NCBI GenBank assembly: GCA_034669905.1
Contig: JAXMOL010000001.1
Coordinates: 192,001 to 256,000, forward strand
Direction of reading: 5' to 3'
DNA length: 64,000 bases
From: Candidatus Hydrogenedentota bacterium
Lineage (GTDB): Bacteria; Hydrogenedentota; Hydrogenedentia; Hydrogenedentales; JAEUWI01
A program made the position numbers and the translations under genes. The notes under the pieces are model-generated. The model did not search any database. It was not told the origin of the DNA and saw only the letters and a program-made list of their open reading frames with translations. Position 1 is the stretch's first letter, and the number at the start of each line of letters is the position of its first letter. Shown one piece after another: positions 39,150 to 49,206 of the stretch.

Positions 39150-39265
39150 AACCACAGAGAACGCAAAGAGCACAGAGAAGGTAATGTAGGGGACCCCCAA
39201 TTTGGGCCCTTTCATCAATGAACTTCTGCTATCTCCTTTTTGTGTTCTCTGCGTTCTCTGTGGTT
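39150..39265. repeat. Inverted-repeat (MITE-like) element with 9-bp-period C(A/G)CAGAGAA arms
   Basis: AACCACAGAGAACGCAAAGAGCACAGAG ... TGTGTTCTCTGCGTTCTCTGTGGTT. Confidence 0.8.
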
Positions 39266-39273
39266 CAAAAAAC

Positions 39274-42200
39274 CTACTTAACCAGCTCCAAGGCCGTCAC
39301 ACACTTCTTCACATGTAAGTCCTGCGCATCGTTAACATTAATATACGGCTGCTTGGGCGAATCTTTCGTGGGCTGTGCCGCGCCGATTTCCCACGCGGCC
39401 CGCGCCTCCTCCGCCTTGCCCAGCTTCGCCAGGGTCTTGCCCTGCCAGTAGCGGAGTTCGGCATCGGTCAACACATAGCGAGCACCCACTTCCAGATACT
39501 CGGGGTAGGTCAACGCCTCGCTAAAATCGGACAGCGCGCCGTCAAGATCTCCCGCTTTAAAGCGGAGCTTCCCCCGACCCAGGAGGGCATCCTCAAAAAT
39601 ATCGTGGGGACGGGTGGAACCTTCAAAGTTGGTAAAAGTCGAGTTCTTCAGCAGGCTCAGACAGTCGTCAAAACGCCCTTCATCGACGTAGGCCCGGGCA
39701 CGCCACAGCACGATATCAAAGCGTGCGGGTACGGCTTCGGGCATCCCTTCGAGCAGGGCGATGGCCTCCCCTTTTTTCTCATCCGCCGCTAAAATCTGGG
39801 ACAGGTCCCGATAGAGCATCTGATCTTCCGGGCTTGCTGCGATGGCCTTACGATAGCGGGCCGCCGCCGTGACGAGGTCTTTTTCCACCTTCCACGCATC
39901 GAGTCCCAGCAGGCGCTCGGGGATACTTCCACCGCCCTGGGCGACCGCAGTCTTCCAATGGGCCACCGCATCACTGCGGTTGTAGAGGCCCGCCTCGAGC
40001 ATCCCCTGCAGGGTTGCGACCAGCGCACTGTCGGGTTGCTGTTTCGCAGCCCATGCAAGCACGGGGCGCATCTCAGGCCGCGCAGGGAAGTCCAGCCCCA
40101 AGGCCATTCCTTCGAGTTGCGAAAGGGTCGTCGCCCCGCCCGATTCGTCCCCGGCCCTGGCCTGACACCAGGCATGGGCCAACAGTGGAATGGGGCCATA
40201 TCCTGTGTCGGTCTGACGCGCCCCTTCCAGTATCGTGGCGGCTTCTTCGTAGAGCCCAAGGTTAGTGAAAAAGGTGACGACCTCCATCAGGGTGAAGACG
40301 CGCTCGCCACTTTCCTGCTCCCAGAAGGCCAATGCCCCTTCTCCCTCCGCCGGGTCCGCCACGGCCGCGAGGGCGTGGAGCATGAAGTCCGTTGGGTCCA
40401 CCGCATCACGGAGGGGTTCCAGGTCGGCGATGATCGCTTCTCCGTTGGCGTAGCGGGCAGCCAACCACCAGTCGCGGTATCGGCTGTTTTCTGGTGCAAG
40501 ATGATGGGCCTCGGCAAAGGCTGCCACGGCCGCCGAAGATTCTTTCTGCAACATCTTCGCCCGCCCCACGAGACTATAGCCCCGCGCGATGTCTTCCGAA
40601 CCCTGCACCACCTTGTAACCACTCACGATGGCGTCATCCGCCTGGCCCAAAGCCAATTGGGCAGCCCCTTGCAGATACCACGCGTCGGAAGATTCTTCAT
40701 CCACCCGGATGGCCTTTTTCGTTTGCCCGATGCAGCCATCATAATCGCCCCGCTCCAACAAAAGGGTCGCGAGGGCATTCAAGGCGTCCACATGGCCCGG
40801 CGAAACGGCCAGCACTTCTTCGTACTTCTCCCGCGCAGCCTCGGGACGATTCTTGCGGTCGAGCAATTGGGCGCCCATGAAGAGCTGGGTGTCCTCGGGC
40901 AGGGTCTTCTGCCAGGCGGCTTCCCCTTCGAGATCGGGCGCATCCACCGGCGTGATGGCGAGGGGCGTGGCATAGGCGAGAAGGGTGTTGCCCGCGCTGT
41001 CCCTGACGGTGATATCAATGGGACCGTCGGGCACATCCGCGAGGGATTCCATGTGGGAATCCAGGGGCGACAGGTCGAGGGTCTTTTCGGCCAACACCCG
41101 TTCACCCTGAGACAGGGTCAATCGCGCACCGGTAAATTCGGCGGTAGCGATGAGGGCCAGATTGAGCGCGCCCCCTTCTCGTTTGGCGTTGACGGCCACA
41201 TCGCGGTTGGCAAACTCGAAACCATCGCCCAGGCCATGAACAGGATACCAGTATTCCCGCCAGCTGATTTCCTCGTGGGGCTTGAGGAAGCCATAGTCCG
41301 CCTGGGTCAGGAGGGGCCCGGTCTGGACTTCGATATAGGGCGCTTCCTCCCGGTTGCCATCGGTGAGGCCCATCTGGCTCATGACGCCAAAGTCGTCCTC
41401 GCCCCAGGTCCACGCTTTTTTACCCTGCACAATGTGGTGGTTGGCGTGGGAAACAATGCCCCGATCGAGGTCCACGTCATAGGCCCCGAAGAAATCCTGG
41501 TCGCAACCATAGGCGAAAACCGAGGCCATGGTGGGGTAGTTTTTCAGATAGGTCATGTCCACGCCGTCGTTCACGGGCCATGTAAAAAACTCATCCCCGT
41601 TGTGATTGCTCCCGAGGGACATGGGATAGATGAAACGGGTGCTGTCGAGGTTGAGGAAGGCCGTGTTGTTCCAGAAATAATAGGTGTGGGTACCGTCCGT
41701 CGGATTAAACATGCGGATGGATTCATCGAGGTAGGCCTTGCCGGGGTGGAGCGTCACGCGCACGGTCCAGCGGGTGCGAAACATCTTTTCTGTGTTACCG
41801 ATGACCAGGGTGGCGGAGCCGTCATCATTTTTCACGATCGTGGCATCCACCGGCGACACGATGGTGACGGTGTGCCCCTGGGGCCCCACGTTCCACTCGA
41901 TGCCCCCGGCAATCCACGCGCCCCGCATGGCAATGAGCGCGGGCTTGATCACACCGGGATTGTGAAACATCTCTTCGTTGGTGGTCTTGTCCCACACCGA
42001 GTGGATACGCCCGCCCAGCTCGGGGAGGCAGGTAATTTTGAGGTATTCGTTTTCCAGGTAAAGGGCCCGATAGGTACGCATCACTTTCTCGTCGAGAAGG
42101 TGATCCTGTCGGGTGTAGGGATAATAGATGCGGCCTTCGTATTCCTGGTAGACCGGGTTGGGGTCGTCAATCCAGGGATAGGTCGGGAGGTCGAGGGTGC

Positions 42201-42282
42201 CTTCCCAGGCGCGGACCGGCTCGGCTTGGGTTGGCGCGGCCACGGCGAAGACTACAAGTAACACGGCAAGTAAACGAGTCAT
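39274..42282 (-). CDS. Secreted DUF5107-domain + TPR protein
   Basis: LENEYL...LPELGGRI, GGIEWN, GKKAWTWG, YIEVQTG; C-terminal TPR helices. Confidence 0.85.
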   Translation of the reverse strand: MTRLLAVLLVVFAVAAPTQAEPVRAWEGTLDLPTYPWIDDPNPVYQEYEGRIYYPYTRQDHLLDEKVMRTYRALYLENEYLKITCLPELGGRIHSVWDKTTNEEMFHNPGVIKPALIAMRGAWIAGGIEWNVGPQGHTVTIVSPVDATIVKNDDGSATLVIGNTEKMFRTRWTVRVTLHPGKAYLDESIRMFNPTDGTHTYYFWNNTAFLNLDSTRFIYPMSLGSNHNGDEFFTWPVNDGVDMTYLKNYPTMASVFAYGCDQDFFGAYDVDLDRGIVSHANHHIVQGKKAWTWGEDDFGVMSQMGLTDGNREEAPYIEVQTGPLLTQADYGFLKPHEEISWREYWYPVHGLGDGFEFANRDVAVNAKREGGALNLALIATAEFTGARLTLSQGERVLAEKTLDLSPLDSHMESLADVPDGPIDITVRDSAGNTLLAYATPLAITPVDAPDLEGEAAWQKTLPEDTQLFMGAQLLDRKNRPEAAREKYEEVLAVSPGHVDALNALATLLLERGDYDGCIGQTKKAIRVDEESSDAWYLQGAAQLALGQADDAIVSGYKVVQGSEDIARGYSLVGRAKMLQKESSAAVAAFAEAHHLAPENSRYRDWWLAARYANGEAIIADLEPLRDAVDPTDFMLHALAAVADPAEGEGALAFWEQESGERVFTLMEVVTFFTNLGLYEEAATILEGARQTDTGYGPIPLLAHAWCQARAGDESGGATTLSQLEGMALGLDFPARPEMRPVLAWAAKQQPDSALVATLQGMLEAGLYNRSDAVAHWKTAVAQGGGSIPERLLGLDAWKVEKDLVTAAARYRKAIAASPEDQMLYRDLSQILAADEKKGEAIALLEGMPEAVPARFDIVLWRARAYVDEGRFDDCLSLLKNSTFTNFEGSTRPHDIFEDALLGRGKLRFKAGDLDGALSDFSEALTYPEYLEVGARYVLTDAELRYWQGKTLAKLGKAEEARAAWEIGAAQPTKDSPKQPYINVNDAQDLHVKKCVTALELVK

Positions 42283-42367
42283 TACGATTCCCCTGTTTTG
42301 GTTTCACGATTCCCGACGAGTTTTTATTGTAGAGACGGGGGGACGTTGGTACAAGGTTGATTCTTGT

Positions 42368-42430
42368 GGGACCTGTGCGGCCGGCGAACAACGTCCCACA
42401 GGTCTCACCGGTCCCACGCGTCCCACAAAC
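42368..42430 (-). repeat. 9-bp-period GTCC-N5 repeat (reverse-orientation variant)
   Basis: GTCC/GTCT at 42393, 42402, 42411, 42420, opposite GGGAC at 42368. Confidence 0.55.
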
Positions 42431-42540
42431 TCCCCACACTCTATAGCCCGCCCGCCCAACTATGATAAGCTGGACCCAGCAGCAATTGAGGCCCGCGCCT
42501 CGCACACCACAGCCCATACAACTTCTCCGGGAGCACCGCC

Positions 42541-44634
42541 GTGTCTGACGACCAGCCCGTTTACATTAATCATCTCATCCACGAAACCAGTCCCTACCTC
42601 CTCCAGCATGCCCACAATCCCGTGGAATGGTATCCCTGGGGGGAGGAGGCCTTCACCAAAGCCCGGGAAGAGGACAAGCCCATTTTTCTTTCCATCGGCT
42701 ACGCGGCCTGTCACTGGTGCCACGTGATGGAGCATGAATCCTTCGAAAACGAGTCGGTCGCCAAGTTTCTCTCGGAGTACTTTGTCAGCATCAAGGTGGA
42801 CCGGGAAGAGCGCCCCGATCTCGACGACATCTATATGAGCGCGGTGATGGGCCTTACGGGCCATGGCGGATGGCCCATGACGGTCTTTCTCACGCCAGAC
42901 CTTGAGCCCTTCTATGGCGGTACCTACTACCCGCCGGAAGACCGCCACGGGCACCCGAGCTTTATGACCATCCTCCGCGGCATTGCCCAAAGCTGGCAGG
43001 ACAAGCGGGAAGACATCGCCAAGGGCGCGGAGAACATCACCCAGTTTCTTGCGGAGCAGTCCCGCAAGCCGGTGAATGATAAGACGGTCATGGCCTCCAG
43101 TGTGATCACCCAGGCCGCCCAGCAGCTGACCGAAAACTACGATGCCACCCATGGCGGTTGGGGCGGTGCCCCCAAGTTTCCTTCCAGCGGCGGCATCGGA
43201 TTCTTGCTGCGGGCCTACCGCACGACGGGGGACCGCGAACTCCTCGACATGGCCACGGAGACCCTCGACAAGATGGCCCGGGGCGGCATGTATGATCAGC
43301 TCGGCGGCGGCTTTCACCGCTATTCGGTAGACGCCGAATGGTTGGTGCCCCACTTTGAAAAAATGCTCTATGACAACGGACAGCTCGCCCAGGTCTATCT
43401 GGAAGCCTGGCAGGCCACGGGCAACGCCTTTTATAAACAGGTGGTCTGTGAAATCATCGACTACGAACTCCGGGACATGACCGACTCCCTTGGTGGCTTC
43501 CACAGCACGGAAGACGCCGACAGCGAAGGGGAAGAGGGCAAGTTCTATATCTGGTCCCATGGGGAAATCATGAAAACCCTCGGCGAAGAAGATGGCGCGC
43601 TCTTTTGTGCCTACTACGCCATCAAAGAGCGGGGTAACTTCCAATCCCACGAGCCCTATCACACCGGACTCAACATCCCCCACGTCACCCGTCCGCCCGA
43701 ACAGATTGCATCGGAGCAGGGCCTCGAGCCGGAAGCCCTGGAAGCGCGCATGGCCCCCTTACGTGCCAAACTCATGGCCGTCCGCGAAGGCCGCGTGCGC
43801 CCCGGGTTGGATGACAAGGTCTTAACCTCGTGGAACGCCCTCATGATTGGTCCCATGGCCCAGGCGGGGGTAGCCTTTGGCGAGCCCCGCTATGTGGAAG
43901 CGGCGGTGAAAGCGGCCGAGTTCCTCATGGCACACATGTGGAAAGACGACGGCCTCCTGCGCACCCACCGCCATGGCGAGAGCCGTCTGCCGGGGTACCT
44001 CGATGACTACGCCTTTACGGCGAACGCCTTTGTGGACCTCTATGAAGCCACGCTGGACGCCCGGTGGCTGGAACATGCCCGGACGATTACCGAGCAGATG
44101 ATTGCCCGATTTGGGGATGAGGATGGGACGAGTTTTTACTTCACCGAAGCGGCCCACCAGAATCTCATCGTCCGCACCCGGCCGACGTACGACGGGGCCG
44201 AGCCTTCGGGCAATTCCGTGGCGGCGCTGGTTCTGTTGCGGCTGGGCCATATGCTGGACCATAAGGATTTTCAGCATTGGGGACGGAAGGTCGTGGAAAC
44301 GACGCTCCCCCTCGTGGCCCGTGCGCCCCAGGGATACCTGCGCATGCTGTGGACCGTGGACTTCCTGTTGCACCCGCCGGTGGAGATTACGCTCGTGGGT
44401 AAAGGCGATGATGCCGGCGTGGCCGCCTTACATGAGACGCTCATGCAGCGATACCTGCCAAACAAATGCGTGTTGTTGGTAAATCCCGAGACCTATGCCT
44501 TCACGGATGAGTTGCCCATGGCCGTAAGCAAGACCATGGTGGATGAAACCGCCGCGGCCTATGTCTGTCGCGAGCAGGTCTGTCAGGCCCCGGTGACGAC
44601 GGTGGAGGCGTTGGCGGAGCTATTGGCGGGGTAG
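42541..44634 (+). CDS. Thioredoxin-domain YyaL/SPATA20 (DUF255) family protein
   Basis: [46 protein letters not shown]. Confidence 0.93.
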   Translation: MSDDQPVYINHLIHETSPYLLQHAHNPVEWYPWGEEAFTKAREEDKPIFLSIGYAACHWCHVMEHESFENESVAKFLSEYFVSIKVDREERPDLDDIYMSAVMGLTGHGGWPMTVFLTPDLEPFYGGTYYPPEDRHGHPSFMTILRGIAQSWQDKREDIAKGAENITQFLAEQSRKPVNDKTVMASSVITQAAQQLTENYDATHGGWGGAPKFPSSGGIGFLLRAYRTTGDRELLDMATETLDKMARGGMYDQLGGGFHRYSVDAEWLVPHFEKMLYDNGQLAQVYLEAWQATGNAFYKQVVCEIIDYELRDMTDSLGGFHSTEDADSEGEEGKFYIWSHGEIMKTLGEEDGALFCAYYAIKERGNFQSHEPYHTGLNIPHVTRPPEQIASEQGLEPEALEARMAPLRAKLMAVREGRVRPGLDDKVLTSWNALMIGPMAQAGVAFGEPRYVEAAVKAAEFLMAHMWKDDGLLRTHRHGESRLPGYLDDYAFTANAFVDLYEATLDARWLEHARTITEQMIARFGDEDGTSFYFTEAAHQNLIVRTRPTYDGAEPSGNSVAALVLLRLGHMLDHKDFQHWGRKVVETTLPLVARAPQGYLRMLWTVDFLLHPPVEITLVGKGDDAGVAALHETLMQRYLPNKCVLLVNPETYAFTDELPMAVSKTMVDETAAAYVCREQVCQAPVTTVEALAELLAG

Positions 44635-44866
44635 GGACGGCAAGGACCTCAAAGACGAAAAAGACCTAAGGGACGTTGTGAAAAATTCGCGGGCACTCGC
44701 AAGACTATTGGAGCAGAGCTCCACGGACTGCATTCCCAAGCAGAGCTTGGGAACGAGGGAAAGCCAACATTTCTTGCTCCGAGGATCAGCCTGGGAATGA
44801 GGGCCCTGAAAGCGTGTGCGCAATAGGTCCCTGTCCTTTACGTCCTTTCCGTCGTTTAGGTCCTTT
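44635..44866. repeat. Composite element: 9-bp GGAC arms in inverted orientation enclosing a REP-like hairpin
   Basis: (G/A)GAC at 44635/44/53/62/71; GTC(C/G) at 44833/42/51/60; inner TGCATTCCCAAGCAGAGCTTGGGAACGAG 44729-44757. Confidence 0.75.
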
Positions 44867-44869
44867 CAC

Positions 44870-44909
44870 AAAAAAACGCCCGGGTCAGCCGAAGCCAACC
44901 CGGGCGTTT
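44870..44909. terminator. Intrinsic terminator (ileS, possibly bidirectional)
   Basis: AAACGCCCGGG...CCCGGGCGTTT with a 7-A run. Confidence 0.8.
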
Positions 44910-44925
44910 GTCGTCTCTATCTAGT

Positions 44926-47900
44926 TCACCCCACTGCCACCAGCAGCCGCAACTCGCTGCCTTCCACCGTCACCACCTTGGCATCTCCGTCCGCCGCACC
45001 GCTCACCAGCGAATTGGCCAACACTTCCTGGGCGATATACTCGCGGAAGCCATCAATCGCCTCGTTCAACGATGCATCGTCGGTCGCATAGGTCACGGCG
45101 ATGCGCGCGTCGTAGGCGAGGTTTTGCTCTTTGCGGATGTCCTGCAGGGCGCGGACCACTTCGCGAACCAAACCCTCTTTCCGCAGTTCGTCGGTGATTT
45201 CTGTGGCGATGACCACCACCAACTGCTTGCCCTGGGCGGCGGCGAAACCTTCCTTCGGCGTGAGGCGCACGTCCACTTCATCGGCGGTGAGCACTTCCGG
45301 CTTACCATTCACTTCGATGGTGATGCCGCCATCCTGCACCTGGGCCGCAAGGGCCGCCCCATCGGCACCGGCGAGGGCCTTGCGGACCTGCTGGACGTTC
45401 TTCCCGAAGCGGGGTCCGAGGACCTTGAAGTTGGGCCGCACTTCGTAGGAAACGTATTCTTCCGGGCTGTCCGTGAAGGCCACTTCCTTGATGTTCAATT
45501 CTTCCTGGATAAGGTCGAGGTGTTTCTCGAGGGCAGCGCGCTGGTCGGCATTGGCCACGACGAGTTCGCAGAGCCCCAGGGGCTGACGCACCTTGATGTT
45601 TTCTACACGGCGGGCACTGAGTCCCAGCGTCACGGCCTCGCGGGTGAGGGCCATCTGGTCCAGCAGCCCATGGTCAATGGTGGCCCCGTCGGCTACCGGG
45701 TAGGTCGCCAGGTGGACACTGTCCGCCGCACCAGCCACGGGTTTCGCCAGGTTGCGCCACGTCACTTCTGCGAAGAAGGGCGTGAAAGGCGCGGCCAGAC
45801 GGGCCAGCTTGATGAGGCATTCGTAGAGCGTCCAATAGGCATCGGCCTTGTCTTCGCTCCAGCCACTCGCCCAGAAGCGCGCACGACTCCGGCGCACATA
45901 CCAGTTGGAGAGGCTGTCCACAAAGCCGGAAACTTCACGGGCTGCCGGGTAGGTTTCGTAGGTATCCAGGGCACCCCGGGCATCGACGATAACCCGGTCG
46001 AGCTCGTTGAGGATCCACTGATCCAACTCAGCGCGTTCGGCCACCGGGCGATAGACCGCATCGCCCCCGGTGCCCCCGGCAGGTGCGGCGGCGGGGTCGG
46101 CGAAGAGTTCTTTCAACACGGCCTGGGGCGCACTGGACGGATCAAAGCCATCCAGGTTCGCATAGATCACGAAGAAACTGTAGACGTTGTACCAGCGCAT
46201 CAACAGTTCGCGCTGGGACTCTTCCACGATGCGCTCGGAAAGGCGGCTGCTGTTCGTGGGCGGGTTCTTGGCGATAAAGCTCCAGCGCAACGCGTCGGCA
46301 CTGAACTTTTCGAAAAGGAGGCCCGGCTCGCTGTAATTCTTCAGACGCTTCGACAACTTGAGGCCGTCTTCCCCGAGGATGTGTCCGAGGCAAATGCAGT
46401 TTTTGAAGGGATGGGGCCAGGGGCCTTTTTCTTTTCCATGAACCACCGTGCTGATGGCCAGCAGGGCATAGAACCAACCCCGCGTCTGGTCAATGGCTTC
46501 ACTGATAAAGTCGGCCGGGAAGCGCTCGTTGAACTTTTCCGCAGAACCTTCCACGTGGGGATAGCCCCACTGGGCGAAGGGCATGGAGCCCGCGTCAAAC
46601 CACACGTCGATGACTTCCGTCACACGGCGCATGCGCCCTTCAGGATCCTTGGGACTCTGGAAGGTTACGGCATCGATATAGGGCTTGTGGACCTTGAGGT
46701 GCTCACTGAGTTCGGGTGTTTCGGCCTTGGCCTGCTCCCAGACCTCGGTGCCTTCGAGGCCGGGCTTGGCGAGCAACTCGTCGTAGGAGCTGATGCATTC
46801 CATGTGGCCCGTCTTGTCGCAAATCCACACGGGCAGGGGCGTACCCCAATAGCGCTCGCGGGACAGGGCCCAGTCCACGTTGTTTTCGAGGAAGTTACCA
46901 AAGCGGCCATCGCGGATGTGCTGGGGCTGCCAAGTGATCTCCTTATTATTCGCCACGAAATCGTCTTTGAACTGGGAGGTCTTGATAAACCAGCTCTTCC
47001 GCGCGTATTGGATGAGGGGATCATTCTCCGCACGGGGACAGAAGGGATAGGAGTGTTTGTATTGCTCGTGTTTAAAGAGGTGTCCCCGCTCTTTCAAGAC
47101 ACGGAGAATGCCCTTGTCCGCGGCCTTACAGAACTGGCCCGCAATGGGGCTCTGGTCGTAGGGGTCCACATCGGTGACGCGCTCGTCGAAGGTGCCATCG
47201 GGCTTCACATAACAAAGGAATCCAATGCCGCTTTCCTTGCAGACGCGGTAATCGTCTTCACCGAAGGCCGGGGCCATATGGACGATGCCCGTACCGGTTT
47301 CGAGGTCCACAAAATCACCCGCGATAACCATCCAGTGTTTTTCGGAAACCGCGTCGGGATTTTCCATGGCGGCCGGGGTGCCGTAGTTAAAGAGGGGCTC
47401 GTAGCGCACACCCAGGAGATCGCTCCCCTTGAGCGTCTGAACAATCTCCGCCTCTTCGCCGAAATACTTGCTGACGAGGGCCTGGGCGAGAATCAGCATC
47501 TCGTGGCCGGATTCGGTCGCGTGCTTTACCACGGCGTAGTCCGTCTCGGGGCCCACGCACGCCGCGCAGTTGCTCGACAGGGTCCAGGGGGTCGTCGTCC
47601 AAATGAGGAGACCCGCGTCTTCCCCTTCCAGGTTGAGGGCTTGCTTGCCATCCTCCGTGAGGGAGAGTTTAATCGTGACCGCGGGGTCGTCCACGTCGCG
47701 GTAGCCTTCACCCACTTCGCCCGCCGAAAGGGCTGTGCCGCCCTGGGCCCACCACCACACGACCTTATGGCCCTGATAGAGGAGGCCCCGGTCGAAAAGT
47801 TGCTTCAGGGCCCACCACACACTCTCCACATAACTCTGGTGGAAGGTGACATAGGCCTCGTCCAGGTCTACCCAGAAACCAATACGGTCCGTGAGTTGTT

Positions 47901-48312
47901 CCCATTCCTGCTTATAGCGGAAGACCGACTCAATGCAGGTGCGGTTGAACTTCTCCACGCCGAATTCTTCGATGGCTTCTTTACCGCCATCGATGATACC
48001 CAGCTCTTTGCAGACCTCGATTTCCACGGGCAGTCCGTGGGTATCCCAGCCGGCTTTGCGCTCGCAGAAATTGCCCGACATAGTCTTGTAACGGGGGAAG
48101 ATGTCTTTGATGGTGCGCGTCAGGCAGTGGCCCGGGTGGGGCATCCCGTTGGCCGTGGGAGGCCCTTCGTAGAACACGAAACGGGGCGCATCTTTCCGCT
48201 GTTCCAGACTTTTTTTATAGGTCTGGTGTTCTTTCCAGAACGCGATGGTCTCCTTTTCCGCCTCGGCAAAGTTAAAGGGGGACGGGACCGGTTCAAAGGC
48301 ATCGTTAGACAT
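44926..48312 (-). CDS. ileS: Isoleucyl-tRNA synthetase, type 2 (IleRS2)
   Basis: YEGPPTANG, GWDTHGLP, WTTTPWTL, GTGIVH.APAFGEDD, DW.LSR.RYWGTP, DQTRGWF; long type-2 C-terminus. Confidence 0.96.
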   Translation of the reverse strand: MSNDAFEPVPSPFNFAEAEKETIAFWKEHQTYKKSLEQRKDAPRFVFYEGPPTANGMPHPGHCLTRTIKDIFPRYKTMSGNFCERKAGWDTHGLPVEIEVCKELGIIDGGKEAIEEFGVEKFNRTCIESVFRYKQEWEQLTDRIGFWVDLDEAYVTFHQSYVESVWWALKQLFDRGLLYQGHKVVWWWAQGGTALSAGEVGEGYRDVDDPAVTIKLSLTEDGKQALNLEGEDAGLLIWTTTPWTLSSNCAACVGPETDYAVVKHATESGHEMLILAQALVSKYFGEEAEIVQTLKGSDLLGVRYEPLFNYGTPAAMENPDAVSEKHWMVIAGDFVDLETGTGIVHMAPAFGEDDYRVCKESGIGFLCYVKPDGTFDERVTDVDPYDQSPIAGQFCKAADKGILRVLKERGHLFKHEQYKHSYPFCPRAENDPLIQYARKSWFIKTSQFKDDFVANNKEITWQPQHIRDGRFGNFLENNVDWALSRERYWGTPLPVWICDKTGHMECISSYDELLAKPGLEGTEVWEQAKAETPELSEHLKVHKPYIDAVTFQSPKDPEGRMRRVTEVIDVWFDAGSMPFAQWGYPHVEGSAEKFNERFPADFISEAIDQTRGWFYALLAISTVVHGKEKGPWPHPFKNCICLGHILGEDGLKLSKRLKNYSEPGLLFEKFSADALRWSFIAKNPPTNSSRLSERIVEESQRELLMRWYNVYSFFVIYANLDGFDPSSAPQAVLKELFADPAAAPAGGTGGDAVYRPVAERAELDQWILNELDRVIVDARGALDTYETYPAAREVSGFVDSLSNWYVRRSRARFWASGWSEDKADAYWTLYECLIKLARLAAPFTPFFAEVTWRNLAKPVAGAADSVHLATYPVADGATIDHGLLDQMALTREAVTLGLSARRVENIKVRQPLGLCELVVANADQRAALEKHLDLIQEELNIKEVAFTDSPEEYVSYEVRPNFKVLGPRFGKNVQQVRKALAGADGAALAAQVQDGGITIEVNGKPEVLTADEVDVRLTPKEGFAAAQGKQLVVVIATEITDELRKEGLVREVVRALQDIRKEQNLAYDARIAVTYATDDASLNEAIDGFREYIAQEVLANSLVSGAADGDAKVVTVEGSELRLLVAVG

Positions 48313-48828
48313 GGAGCAGGCTTCCTTCGCTAGGGGCGACGGGTTGTTGTGTTTATACCGGGAGCAATACGCACTTTCCGCCCCGAAAACAGGTTCCGGC
48401 ACCACAGAAAGGGATTAAACGGCCGAAAATGGCGTACCAAGCCCAATATGATCGCTTTTCAGGGCCAGATCATGCAACTTTTGGACGAATTTGGGGAATT
48501 GGGCGGTGTGAAGCGGGGCGATAGCGTGGCACGGTCGGGTTACTGCTATTCGTCACGGCACCATGTGGCACCGGTCACAGGGCAGGCCTTTCAATATCAT
48601 GAGCAGTCAACCAAGAAATAAAACGACAAGCCTTCGTGCCACGCGTTCCGGTATATCGCAACGTGTGTAGGGCGCAAGGCTGGGCGGTGCATGGTAGCGA
48701 TCTGAACCCTCTGTATCTCAACACGAGACCATCACGAGAGTGGAAGAGCGCGGATTGCCGCGACGAAGGCGGGAGGTGCGTGGCGTAAGTTGTGGCAATC
48801 TAATGGTGTTAGGACAATCACACGTTTT

Positions 48829-48844
48829 TGGCACGGTGCTGGCT
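48829..48844 (+). promoter_or_regulatory. sigma54 (-24/-12) promoter, cassette 1
   Basis: TGGCACGGTGCTGGCT; conserved in the second copy. Confidence 0.72.
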
Positions 48845-48940
48845 TCACACTCCCATACGCCGTGTGGCGTACGAACAATTGAACGTAAACGTCGATGAAT
48901 CCATCCGCGATTTGCAGGGAAAAGCCAGGAGGAATTTACT

Positions 48941-49075
48941 ATGAACACTATCGAACTCAACGAACTGAACCATGAAGTGACTGTCGAAGAAGCCAACAAC
49001 GTTGTCGGCGGCTACAAACTCAAGAACGTCGTGGTTTCCAGTTACAAGCTCAAAAACGTCGTTGTATCCAGTTAA
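48941..49075 (+). CDS. 44-aa double-glycine-leader peptide MNTIELNELNHEVTVEEANNVVGG|YKLKNVVVSSYKLKNVVVSS
   Basis: AGGAGG RBS; GG-leader consensus; 10-aa core duplicated with synonymous codon differences; below the ORF-track size cut-off. Confidence 0.85.
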   Translation: MNTIELNELNHEVTVEEANNVVGGYKLKNVVVSSYKLKNVVVSS

Positions 49076-49157
49076 GGTGCCTGCGGCCTGTTCGGTGGCC
49101 CGCGCCACCTGATAGTAGTCCGAGACGGCCCAATACGGATACGAGATTAACGACCAC

Positions 49158-49206
49158 AAAAACGGCTGGTGCCCCGCACATCGTGGGCGCACCGCCGTTT
49201 TTTTTT
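49158..49206 (+). terminator. Intrinsic terminator, cassette 1
   Basis: AAAACGGC-TGGTGC...GCACC-GCCGTTTTTTTTT. Confidence 0.85.

Noticed and set aside
44908..48333. 1141-aa plus-strand ORF and similar long antisense ORFs (e.g. 39958-42261, 7064-8443)
   Set aside because: Mirror-frame shadows of well-supported genes in high-GC DNA; no motifs
48313..48630. T-box leader for ileS
   Set aside because: No T-box consensus (GGTGGNACCGCG) or terminator/antiterminator was seen on the minus strand
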